DNA of 63,942 nucleotides, filler included, from Chrysochromulina tobinii (Eukaryota), in NCBI GenBank assembly GCA_001275005.1. It is 9 parts of 9 records of this genome, joined end to end, with 100 filler letters (N's around TTAATTAATTAA, not from the genome) between each part and the next. Parts side by side here need not be neighbours in the genome. Positions count along the whole stretch, not along the records: positions 28,200 to 38,133 come from JWZX01000340.1; positions 38,234 to 44,980 come from JWZX01000341.1; 7 more parts are not named here. One strand, written 5' to 3'. Under the pieces are notes generated by a model. The model saw only the letters and a list, made by a program, of their open reading frames with translations. It made no database searches and was not told the origin of the DNA. This document shows, one piece after another, positions 32,454 to 43,921 of the stretch. The number at the start of each line of letters is the position of its first letter. The first letter of the stretch is position 1. A program made the translations under genes and the position numbers.

Positions 32454-34244
32454 CTACGCTGGCAAGACCGCTATTGTACCACTATTGCTAATGTTGGATC
32501 CCGCAGCAGGATGTGGCTCATTTGGCCACATCCAACGCAGCCGCCCTTGGCTCTCCAGCGCCTCGAGCATCACGTTGATGTCTTTCAGCCGGTTCGGATC
32601 GACGTGGCCTGACTGTCCTCCGACCACACTCGTTCCAAGCCCAAACGCCCGACCGGATGGCGCTGCCAACTGGTGCTTGACTGCCAGCAGGGCGATCCAT
32701 GTTTGCTCCACGATGGAAACCAGACGCATCTCACGCGACGCCGTCGCATTGAGCCACGCTTCGAGCACTGACACAGAGAGGTCGCACTTGCGCCACACGG
32801 ACCACGAGTCCTGCAGGTGCCAGGCGTTGAGCACTCTCGGCGCCTGCTCTGGCGCGATGCCGACTACGCGCAGTACAAGGGGCACATCCTCCGGCCGGCG
32901 AGCCACCATGTTGTTTGCGCGCCGCTTGCTGGCGAACCACGTCTGATGGAACGAGTTTGGAAGGTCGAGATAGATGCCGGGCAATCCGACTGGCAGTTGG
33001 TCGCGCCGCACATTCAGCCAGTCGATCAGCGGACGCAGCGATCGCCGGAAGTAAGGCAGCGGCTGCCTTCCCGACAGCGCCATGTATCCGGGACGTGCAA
33101 CATCCGCGTAGACGACAAACCCACCCTCGGGCAGCGCCTTCAGCGCCTCGAGGATGATGAACGGCTTCCAAAGCATATTCCCTCCTCGAAATGAGGCCTC
33201 CTCCTGGCCCAGCCGCTCCACCATCTCCCGCCGCAGCCGAGCGAACGCAGGTACCGCATAGAGCTCTCGTGGCGTCCACGCCTTCGCCTGGTCCGCGCGG
33301 CCGACCGACACCGCGCTCGACGCCCACCCTGCCTGCCGCTCTTCGTATCGGTCGCCGCGGCACATGGCGTCGACGCAGTTGACGGCGAAGTTCACAAAAT
33401 GTACCGGCGGTAACCTCGTCGACTCGTCGCACGCGGCTGCGCATTCGCCTCGCATACCTGGCGCAAGCCCACCACAGCCGAGGCTGCGGAATCCGAGCTC
33501 CTGTGCTGCTTGCGCAACCATCGCCTCGGGGTTGTGCTTGTTCCACTGCCAGGTCGCCTCGCTGATCGCCGCAAAGCGCGTGTCCCAGTGGTACAGCACT
33601 TGGCTCCATATGTGTGGTCGCGCCCAAACGAAATTGTCACCACCGCCTACATCGCCTCGCTCCCTAACCCCGCCTGGGGTCGCTTCCGCCGTGTACAGGG
33701 CGCCGTCGACCGTAGCGTTGAAGCAGCAGCTCACAACGCAGCGCGGCAGCGAGCCACCCTGCCGCAGCCGGTACATATCTGGCCTCACACGGACGTACAC
33801 GTCGAATGGCGCGAAGCCGTGACGGGCCACATGCTCGTCTGCCATGCGTGCTGCAACCCTCATCGAGTAGATGGCAGCCTTGATGCCCGCCACGGTCATA
33901 CCAGAGAGGGCCCACTTCTCGTGCATCGCCGATGATGCGATGGTCTGGTGCTCAATCCTGAGTCCCGCCGGCTGCAGTAGCTGCACGAGGCGCGTCACAT
34001 CCACCGAAGCAGCGGCTCGTCGAGCCGCCTTGTAGTAAGTCGTAGTGACGGGCTCCGTTCTATTCCACGTGTGCACAAAAAGAGCATAGTGCGAGCTGGA
34101 ACGATCGCACTGTGACAGGAAGCGTCGCAATGGTGCCGTCGTCCCCGCGCTCTCGAGCGTGTCACGGAAGTGGCCCGACAGCAGCACGGCAATAGATGGC
34201 AGCGCGCGTAGAGGCGCCGCATTGCCATCGTCATGAGGCGACAT
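32454..34244 (-). CDS. Two-domain glycosyltransferase-like protein
   Basis: N-terminal domain IAVLLSGHFRD..LFVHTWN..FDVYVRVRPD; C-terminal domain FVNFA..WKPFIILEAL..GFVVYAD..EQT. Intronless, 596 aa. Confidence 0.6.
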   Translation of the reverse strand: MSPHDDGNAAPLRALPSIAVLLSGHFRDTLESAGTTAPLRRFLSQCDRSSSHYALFVHTWNRTEPVTTTYYKAARRAAASVDVTRLVQLLQPAGLRIEHQTIASSAMHEKWALSGMTVAGIKAAIYSMRVAARMADEHVARHGFAPFDVYVRVRPDMYRLRQGGSLPRCVVSCCFNATVDGALYTAEATPGGVRERGDVGGGDNFVWARPHIWSQVLYHWDTRFAAISEATWQWNKHNPEAMVAQAAQELGFRSLGCGGLAPGMRGECAAACDESTRLPPVHFVNFAVNCVDAMCRGDRYEERQAGWASSAVSVGRADQAKAWTPRELYAVPAFARLRREMVERLGQEEASFRGGNMLWKPFIILEALKALPEGGFVVYADVARPGYMALSGRQPLPYFRRSLRPLIDWLNVRRDQLPVGLPGIYLDLPNSFHQTWFASKRRANNMVARRPEDVPLVLRVVGIAPEQAPRVLNAWHLQDSWSVWRKCDLSVSVLEAWLNATASREMRLVSIVEQTWIALLAVKHQLAAPSGRAFGLGTSVVGGQSGHVDPNRLKDINVMLEALESQGRLRWMWPNEPHPAAGSNISNSGTIAVLPA

Positions 34245-34527
34245 GAAACCGTTTTGGTATGAACAAACAGCGAAGCCTGTTAGTTTCCCGTTTTAGTCTA
34301 CCACTTGTCCCCCACACTTGTCCTCGACCAGGCGTTCGATTTCGAGGACGGCGAAGATGGCATTGTCTGCATGTTCAGCCACATCACATTCGGCACGGAG
34401 TGTGAACCCTGGGTGTAAATCAAAGTCCAGACTTGGAAACCCCCTTGTGTTGACGAAACTGAAACGGTGGGCAGTGGACGCGAGGAGCTCCTTCGTCTCC
34501 TTCTCCGCGAGCGTCGACACAAACCTC

Positions 34528-37500
34528 ATGGCGAGCTCGATCGACTGGCGGCGCTCGCTGAGAGACCGGCCGACGCCACCCATTCGCCAATCCGTTCGCC
34601 AGTCCGAGATTGAGAGTCGATGGGAGCGTCAAGCGCTTGGTGCGAAGCGGAAGCCTCGCAGATCCCATTCGGCAGCGGCTCTCGCCGTCCGAGCACCTCA
34701 GCCACAGCTCCTCATCGACGGTGATGGCCCTATTGGAGGCCTCACGGTCGAGGAGCTGGCCGAGTTGCGCGCGATCATTGCGAATAGCCCTCTTGGTAGC
34801 CTCACAGCCGAGGAACTGGCCGAGCTGCGCGCGATGAAGGCGAATCCGAGCCTCACTGCCGAGGAATGGGGCGAGCTGCGTGCGATGCAAGCGGCTGCCG
34901 CGGCTGATGCAGCAGCGCCATTCCCGGAGCCAAGCCCAGCACTCCTCGAGGCGCCGCCATCAAGAGGCACGCAAGGACCTGCACGGGCCCATCCAGAGGC
35001 CCTACCAGAACGGAGTCCGGTCATGCTCGATGCGCCACCAAGACCGACGCCCATCCCCGTGCACTCGGGGGCGGGGCACTCGGAGGCGGGGCACTCAGAG
35101 GTCGCGACAGCGGCGGTCGTGGCTGCGACCGTGGTGCAGTGCGATGCGGCAGAACCCACGAGACCCGACGTGGACGACGAGCAGAATCATGGCTCCGTCT
35201 CAACTGTGAATGATGGCTCAGCTGTGAATGGTGGCTCCGCCTCAACCGCGTGGGCGCTAGATGGCGCCGTGTCGGGCTCCTCGTCGTCCGTGGTGGGAGG
35301 CGCCGTGCTGGGCTCCATGTCGTCCGCTGTGGAAGGGACGAGCGTCCGTTTGGCAGCGGGAGTGGCTGAACCTCTGATGAGGGTGGGCGTCGCCGCCTAC
35401 GAGCGCCGCCCAACATCCTCTCCTGCTAATGATGCCTCTCCTGCTAATGAGCGCCGCCCAGCGTCCTCTCATGCTCATGAGGTATCCTCTCCTGCTAATG
35501 AGGTAGCCTCTCCTGCTAATGAGCACCGCCCGGTATCCTCTCCTGCTAATGAGCACCGCCCAGCATCCTCTCCGAGCAAGTTGGCGCTCCATCGGAGCCG
35601 TCGGTATACGTGGGACGAGGATGGCGAGGGGCCTGAGCCGTCCACGCGCCGTGCTGAGCAGGAAGCGCGCCGTGCTGAGCAGGCTAGCGAGCTCGACGAG
35701 CGCTCCTTTGGCTCCTACCCAAATACGTGGGAGAGGGACAGTGCTGCTGAGGAGCATGCGGCGGGGCCGCCGCCGGAGAGGTCCATGGAGCTGCGTGAGA
35801 TGTTGTTCTTCTGTGGACCGCAATCTCGACCACAATCTCGCGGGCTTCACGACACCTCGGAGAGTGACTTGGAGTGGCCACTGGCCTCGCCATCGCACCC
35901 CTCGCCGTCGCCGTATACGGCGCCCAACACGGCGCCATGGCACCCCGCACAGTCGCCCTCGCACCCAGCGGTGCCATCGCCATCATATCCCTTGCCATGT
36001 CCATCATACCCATCGGCGCCATCGCCCTCGGCACCCTCGCCCTCGCTCTTCACACCCTCGCCCTCGCTCTTCACACCGTCAACCCGCTTCTGCTTCGCAT
36101 GCGGCACGAAGTTGGTACGCACGAGCGCCGCGGGTGGTATCCTAAAAACAGTCGCGCCCCTCTTCTGCTCAAGTTGCGGCCAGCCGCAGGCGCAGCCGCA
36201 GGTGCAGCCGCAGGTGCAACCACAGCCATCGGGATCGGGGCACTCATCTCATACGCAATCATTCGCAATCAAGGGATCGGGGCACTCATCTCACACGCAA
36301 TCATTCGCAATCACGCCGTCGTACGTGGAGGAGGCGGCGGAGAGGCACCCGTCAGCCTCGGGTGACGTGGCGCCCAACACGGCGCTGAACCCGCGCCGTT
36401 TTGGGCGCCTCCCCGCCGACGAGCTGAGCGCGTTGTTGCGGGCGCACGCTCTCCTCTCCGACGCCGCGTACGGCGAATTGATCGCGACACTCCGAGCCGC
36501 AGCCGATGATGACGACGACGACGACGACGACGACGATAGGGAGGTGGAGCTCGTGGAGGAGCTCCGAACCTGATGATTGCCTCTGATTGCCTCTGATTGC
36601 CACTGATGACGATAGGGAGGTGGAGCTCGTGGAGGAGCTCCGAACCTGATGATTGCCTCTGATTGCATGCAGGAGCTCGAGGAGGAGCTCCGAACCTGAT
36701 GATTGCCTCTGATTGCCTCTGATTGCCACTGATGGTCTCCCTGATTGCATGCAGGAGCGCGAGGCGGGGCGAGAAGGCGGCGGCGAGGACGTCCGATGGG
36801 CTCGAGATCTCCTCGCAGCTCGGGCCGAATCTCGGGGCCAATCTCGGGATCTCCTCGCAGCTCGGGCCGAATCTCGGGGCCAATCTCGGGATCTCCTCGC
36901 AGCTCGGGCCGAATCTCGGGGCCAATCTCGGGATGCCCTCACCGCTCGAGATTCGTCACGAGATTCGTCACCGCCGCGCAGCCGCAGCTCGGCGAGGGGC
37001 ACGCCATCGCGCACCGCCGAACGGAACGGCGAGCCTGGCGGCGCTCGGGACGGCGCTCGGGACGGCGCTTGGGATGGCGCTCGGGACGGCGCTCGGGACG
37101 CTCACCTCAGGGCGGCCGCGGCCACCGAGGCCTCTCTCATTGCCGAGGTGAGCTTCCTTGATGGCTACTTGATTGCTTTGATGGCTACGTGATGGTTCAT
37201 GACAGTCCGTGATTGCGCCTGATTGCGCCTGATTGCGCCTGATTGCGCCTGATTGCGCCTGATTGCAGGTGAGTTTGCTCGAGGCTCAGAACGCATCGCT
37301 CACGGCCCAGATGGCACGGCTTCAAGCCGCGCTGCGGGTGCAGGTGAGCAGCGCGTGGCGCGCGATCACAGCGTTCGCGGAGGCCGGCTCGGAACTTGCG
37401 GAGGTGGCGACGGCGACGGCGACGGCGTTACCCTTGGCGCTGACGGACGGAGCGCTGACGAGATTGCCGAGATTGACGGACGGAGCGCTGACGAGATTGC

Positions 37501-38133
37501 CGAGATTGACGGACGGAGCGCTGACGAGTGACGCGCTGACGAGTGACGCGCTGACGGCGACGCCAACGATCAGGGCCCTGCCAGCCGCATGCAATGTCAG
37601 CAGTACAGCGAGCACAGCCGCTCGCCTTCGGAACGTTGGAGATTCGTCAACTGCCGCATGCAATGTCGGCAGTACAGCGAGCACGGCCGCTGCGCCAGGC
37701 GAGGGCGCGGTAGCAAGCGTCGTGTTGGGCGCCTCCAGGCCAGGCGAGGGCGCGGTCGCAAGCGTCGCTGCGGCGCATGACGTGGAGGCGCCCAACACGA
37801 CGCCCAGCATGGCGCCCAACACGGCGTCCAACATGGCGCTCAGTACGACGCCCAACACGACGCCTGTCGTCGAGGCGCCAGAGGCGTCGGAGACCGAGCT
37901 CAAGCCGGAGGCATCGATCGCTTTGAAGCAGACGGATGCAGCCGCGGAGGCGGCACCGAGAGCAGCGGACACGCGGCATGCAAGCGCTCAGCACGGCGCC
38001 CCAGCGGAGGCGGCACCGAGAGCAGCGGACACGCGGCATGCAAGCGCTCAGCACGGCGCCCCAGCGGAGGCGGCACCGAGAGCAGCGGACACGTGGCATG
38101 CAAGTGCTCAGCACGGCGCCCCAGCGGAGGCGG
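34528..38133 (+). CDS. Large low-complexity protein with double zinc ribbon; probable introns 36544-36754 and 37148-37268; open at contig end
   Basis: RFCFACGTKL...LFCSSCGQ and a coiled-coil exon. The GT..AG introns contain (GATTGCCTCT)n or (GATTGCGCCT)n and restore frame. Start uncertain. Confidence 0.55.
36805..36932 (+). repeat. 42-bp coding tandem repeat x3 (RDLLAARAESRGQS)
   Basis: GATCTCCTCGCAGCTCGGGCCGAATCTCGGGGCCAATCTCGG repeated three times. Confidence 0.9.
37945..38133 (+). repeat. 60-bp coding tandem repeat at contig end
   Basis: ~3 copies, same unit and orientation as 28200-28371. Confidence 0.95.
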
Positions 38134-38233
38134 NNNNNNNNNNNNNNNNNNNNNNNNNNNNNNNNNNNNNNNNNNNNTTAATTAATTAANNNNNNNNNNN
38201 NNNNNNNNNNNNNNNNNNNNNNNNNNNNNNNNN
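38134..38233. other. Artificial contig linker
   Basis: N44-TTAATTAATTAA-N44. Confidence 0.99.
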
Positions 38234-41200
38234 AGGAGATCGGCGACGAGGGCGGCATGGTCGTCGCAGGTCTCATACCTGCTATGTCGGTGCTCGCGCG
38301 CGTCGACATGCGCGGCAACAACTTGGGCGTCGAGGGCTGGACCAGTATCTTCAACGCCTTGCGCGACAGCCCCACCAGCAAGATCTCCGCATGGGACCTG
38401 TCCCGCGAGAACTTGGGCCCTGGGATCGCTACGCCACTGGCCGAGTACCTCTGTACTTCTACAATGATCACCGAGTGCAACCTGCGCGGCAACAACTTGG
38501 GCGTTGAGGGCTGGACCAGCATCTTCAACGCCCTGCGCGACAGCCCCACCAGCAAGATCACCGCATGGGACCTGTCCGGCGAGAACTTGGGCCCTGGGAT
38601 CTCTACGCCACTGGCTGAGTACCTCGGTACTGCTACATCGGTGCTCGCGCGCGTCGACATGCGTGGCAACAACATTGCGGGCGACAGCGCCGCGCAGCTC
38701 TCAGCCGCTGTCCTCGGCAACCTCAAGATCGAGATGTTCAACGGGATCCCGATCAAGGAGATGCGCGCCAACTCCATCACCGAGCTCGACCTGAAGGGCA
38801 AGGAGATCGGCGACGAGGGCGGCATGGTCGTCGCAGGTCTCATACCTGCTATGTCGGTGCTCGCGCGCGTCGACATGCGCGGCAACAAGATCACGGGCGA
38901 CAGCGCCGCGCAGCTCTCAGCCGCTGTCCTCGGCAACCTCAAGATCGAGATGTTCAACGAGATCCCGATCAAGGAGATGCGCGCCGACTCGTTCACGGAG
39001 CTGGACCTGGAGGGGAAGGACGTCGGAGTCGAGGGAGGTATGGTCGTGGCAGGACTCATACTCGTCATGGGCGCCTTGACACAGGTGCTCGCTTTCTGAC
39101 ACCCCCTTGACTGCCTTGAAAGTTACTCTGACCCTTGGTTTTGCTTTGAATGTTATTTTCAGCTGGACCTCTCATACAACCAGCTGTGCGGCCTCGATCG
39201 TTATGGGGAAGGAACTTACAATGCAGAGGGGATCACAGCAATTGCCGACGCTTTGCGCGTTAATGGCGGGCTGACAAGTCTCAATCTCTCGTCCAACAAT
39301 CTCTGTTCCTTGGTGAATGAGACTGGCTACATCAAGGCAAGCCAGGTCCAGGGCTCTTCCTTCAATGTGGGCGACAAAGTTGTTTATCAGGGCAAGGAAA
39401 TGATCGTCTCTAAGGCCAAAGATAGAGATGGTGACCTCAAAATGACCAACTTGCCAGACTGGTCTGGTCTCAATGCTCTTGCGGATGCCTTCCGCGTTAA
39501 TGGCGCGCTGACGAGCCTGGACATCTCAAACAACAGGATGGGTGACGACGGTGTGAAACTGATCTGTGAGGCCCTCAAGCAGAACAGCAGCTTGAAGGTG
39601 CTCGACCTGAACGCGAGTTATACCAGAGGTGGAGAAATCGGTCCACAGGGCGCCCAATATCTCGTCGACATGCTCAGCGTTAATGGCGGGCTGACGAGCA
39701 TCAAGATGTCCGGAAATGATCTCACTGACTCCGGCGGGGACATGACGGGCATCAAGGAGCTCGCCGCAGCTCTTGGCGTCAACGGCGCCTTGACACAGGT
39801 GCTCGCTTTCTGACCCCCCAGAGGCCATTTCTGTTCCTCTAACCCTTGCCTTTGTTTTGGATGGTATCACAGCTGGACCTCTCACACAATCAGCTGTGCG
39901 GCATCGATGCTGATGGCAAAGGACAATACAATGCAGAGGGCATCACTGCAATCGCCGACGCCATGCGCATGCGTGTTAATGGCGGGCTGACGGTGGCCAA
40001 CCTCCTGGGTAATCAGCTCGATGCGGAGTCCGCCAAGATGCTCGCTGAGGTCGCCAAGCAGAAGGGCATCTCGCTCTGCGGCATCCAGCGCGACCAGACC
40101 ACCGCTGACTTCTCCCTATACGAGCCGCCCGATGCGATCCTGCTGGCGTCGGACCTGTCACAGGCTGTAGTCACGGGCGTGCTGACGAGCCTGGACCTCG
40201 AGGGCACGCTGTGCGGCCTCGACAGCCATGGGCGTGGAACTTACACTGCAGAGGGGATCACAGCAATTGCTGAAGCTCTGATCGTCAATGGCGTGTTGAC
40301 AGGCATCAACGTCCGCGACGGCGATATTGCGGGCGACGGCGCTACGCAGCTCTCAGCTGCTGTCCTAGGCAACATCAAGATCGAGATGTTCAACAAGATC
40401 CCGATCAAGGAGATGCGCGCCGACTCGTTCACAGAGCTGGACCTGAAGGGGAAGGGCTTTGGAGTCGTGGGAGGCATGGTTGTTGCGGGACTCATACCCG
40501 TCATGGGCGGGCTGACGAGCATCGACCTCTCCGGAAACAACTGGTTGTGTGGCATCTGGACTGACGGCTTTGGCGACCAACAAGGCACCTACACAGCAGA
40601 GGGCATCATTGCAATCGCCGACGCCCTGCGTGTTAATGGCGGGCTGACGGTGACCAACCTCCTGGGGAATCAGCTTGATGCGGAGTCCGCCAAGATGCTC
40701 GCTGAGGTTGCCAAGCTGAAGGACATCTCACTCTGCGGCATTCAGCGTGACCAGACCACCGCCGACTTCTCCTCGTACGGACTCCTGCCACCCGATGCGA
40801 TCCTGCTGGCGTCGGAACTGTCACAGGCCAGTGTCACAGGCGCGCTGACGGCCCTGAATTTGTCCTCTAACTGCCTCGGAGATGAGGGCGTAAGCGCAGT
40901 CTGCAAGGCCATCCAGAGCAACAAGGAGACCAAGCTCGCGTCGCTCAACTTCGAAAATAATGGAATCGGTCCAGTTGGAGCAAACGCTGTGGCGGCTATG
41001 GTAGCCGTCACAGGCGGCCTGCACGGCCTGCATCGCGTCTCGCGTCATCCGCTGCTCTGGTCGCTCGCGTTCGTCGGCCTAGGTGCCGCGCTCGCGGTGC
41101 CCTCGGTGCCGCAGGCCGTGTGGCTGTGCGGCCCGGCCCTAATGGCTCTGTTGGGCGGCGCCCACATTGACTTCCGTCATCGGCGCCAGCTTGGGGCCAC

Positions 41201-43190
41201 GCTGACAAGCATCGACCTCTCCGGAAACCAGCTGTGTGGCATCTGGACTGACGACGATGGCGACCAACATGGCACCTACACCGCAGAGGGCATCACTGCA
41301 ATCGCCGACGCCCTGCGTGTTAATGGCGCGCTGACGGTGACCAACCTCCTGGGTAATCAGCTCGATGCGGAGTCCGCCAAGATGCTCGCTGAGGTCGCCA
41401 AGCAGAAGGGCATCTCGCTCTGCGGCATCCAGCGCGACCAGACCACCGCTGACTTCCGCAACCAGGACCTCCAGCCGCCCGATGCGATCCTGCTGGGGTC
41501 GGACCTGTCACAGGCTGTTGTCACAGGTGGGCTGACAAGCATTGACCTCTCCGGAAACCAGCTGTGCGGCATCTATTTTAAATGGGGAGAATATATTCGA
41601 GGCACCTACACCGCAGAAGGCATCGCTGCAATCGCCGAGGCCCTGCGCGTTAATGGCGGGCTGACGTCACTCAACCTCTCGTCGAATCTTATCGGAGGCT
41701 ACTGGGACCACGAACAGCGAACAAACGTCTTCACCCCTGAGGGGCCAAAAGCTATTGCAGATGCGCTTTTGGTCAATGGCGCGCTGACGAGCCTGGACAT
41801 ATCAAACAACCGGATGGGTGACGATGGTGTGAAACCGATCTGTGAGGCCCTCAAGCAGAACAGTAGCTTGAAGGCGCTAGACCTGAACGCAAGCCAGACC
41901 AGTGGTGGAGTAATTGGTCCACAGGGCGCCCAATATCTCGCCGACATGCTCAGCGTTAATGGCGCACTGACGGCCCTGAATTTGTCCTCTAACTACCTCG
42001 GAGATGAGGGCGTAAGCGCAGTCTGCGAGGCCATCCAGAGCAACAAGGAGACCAAGCTTGCGTCGCTCCACATGGGCAAGAACCGCTTCGGTCCAGTGGG
42101 AGCAAAGTCAGTGGCGGCCATGGTGGCCGTCACAGGCGTGCTGACGTCTATCAACCTCTCCAACAACGTGCTGTGCGGTGTGGAACATTGGGGCCAGGGC
42201 ATTTACACTGTAGAGGGCATCACTGCAATCGCTGACGCCCTGCGAGTTAATGGCGCGCTGACGAGCCTGGCCATATCAAACAACCGGATGGGTGACGACG
42301 GTGTGAAACCGATCTGTGAGGCCCTCAAGCAGAACAGTAGCTTGAAGGCGCTAGACCTGAACGCAAGCCAGACCAGTGGTGGAGAAATTGGTCCACAGGG
42401 CGCCCAATACCTCGCAGACTTGCTCAGCGTTAATGGCGCATTGACGTCCGTCGACCTCGGGGGCAACAAGCTCGGGGACGAGGGCTGGGGCGCCATCTTT
42501 GCCGCCATCTGCGGCAACAAGGACAGCAAGATCATGTCTATGGACGCGTCCTCCGAGAGCATCGGCCCTGCTGGTGGCAAGCTGATCGCCGAGGCGCTCC
42601 GCACGAGCGTCACAGGCGCATTGACGTCCGTCGAGCTCAGAGGCAACGAGCTTGGGGACGAGGGCTGGGGTGCCATCTTTGCCGCCATCTGCGGCAACAA
42701 GGACAGCAAGATCATGGCTATGGACGCGTCCTCCGAGAATATCGGCTCTGCTGGTGGCAAGCTGATCGCCGAGGCGCTCCGCACGAGCGTCACAGGCGCA
42801 TTGACGGTGACCAACCTTCTGTGCAATCGACTTGATGCGGAGTCCGCCAAGATGCTCGCTGAGGTCGCCAAGCAGAAGGGCGTCTCGCTCTGCGGCATTC
42901 AGCGTGACCAGACCACCGCTGACTTCTCCCACTCCCTACTCGAGCCGCCCGATGCGATCCTGCTGGCGTCGGACCTGTCACAGGCCGTTGTCACAGGCGC
43001 GTTGACATGCGTCGACGTCCGCAGCAACAACATCGAGGACGACGGCGCTGAGCAGCTCTCGGCCGCTGTCCTTGGCAACCTCGAGATCGAGATGTTCAAC
43101 GGGATCCCGATCAAGGAGATGCGCGCCAACTCTTTTACGGAGCTGGACCTGATGGGGAATGGTGTCCGTGGTGTTCGAACACGACGATGA
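38234..43190 (+). CDS. NLRC3/RNI-like leucine-rich-repeat protein, 5'-partial; introns 39085-39162 and 39799-39872
   Basis: Dozens of LTxLDLSxNxLxxEG repeats ending ...ALRVNG[AG]. Both introns begin GTGCTCGCTTTCTGAC and end CAG|CTGGACCTC. Confidence 0.9.
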
Positions 43191-43921
43191 CGGCGGCCGC
43201 CGCATAGCTCCACTGGTCCGCGCTCATGGTGACCCTGTGAACATGAACCTCATGGTGTGAACATGAACCTCATGGTGCTACGCCCATGCCTGGGTGATCA
43301 TTGGCGAGATCGCCGACACGGCGGTGCCCGACACGGCGAGATGCCTGGCACGGGGTGTCCGCGCCCGAGGCAAACCCCAGGCGGCGCAAAAGTGTGGGGG
43401 CAGCACGGCGTACTGTTGCTGGATTTCTGGAGCGGTGTACGCGGTTCATGTACTCTCACGACGACGGAGCGTGTATGAGTATGTGTCGGCGGGAGAACGG
43501 AAGGCGGAGAGAACGGAAGCCGGAAGCAACTCGGTGTGCGGTCACGTTGAAAGACTGGAATAAACGATACATTTGTCGCAATCACGCATGATTGTGCATT
43601 GTCGATGTCGTGTGCTAAAAAACGAAACGGTATATCACTATCTTTCTGGATGCTGATGTTTCATGTTACATCTGGCCACACGTCGACAACGAACGTGAAA
43701 AGGTCGTGCCAGACCCGTTCTCCCTCTCTCAGGTAAACAGGTAAACCCCCGCGGTCATACCATGGGCCGAATGACCCGGCGTATCCCGGCGAAACATCAA
43801 CGGCTTGGGTTCACTGGAGCCTACGAACGACACGGTCGGTGTCGTGCTGTTTGGGGTATCGTGGACGCAAACGACGCATTCGCCTACCCCAACATATTTC
43901 CCACACTGGTGGTTTGGCCGT

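Noticed and set aside
34293..34583. Short minus-strand ORF (MRFVSTLAEKE...)
   Set aside because: Looks protein-like, but has no recognisable motif and conflicts with the start of the plus-strand gene; cannot be supported.
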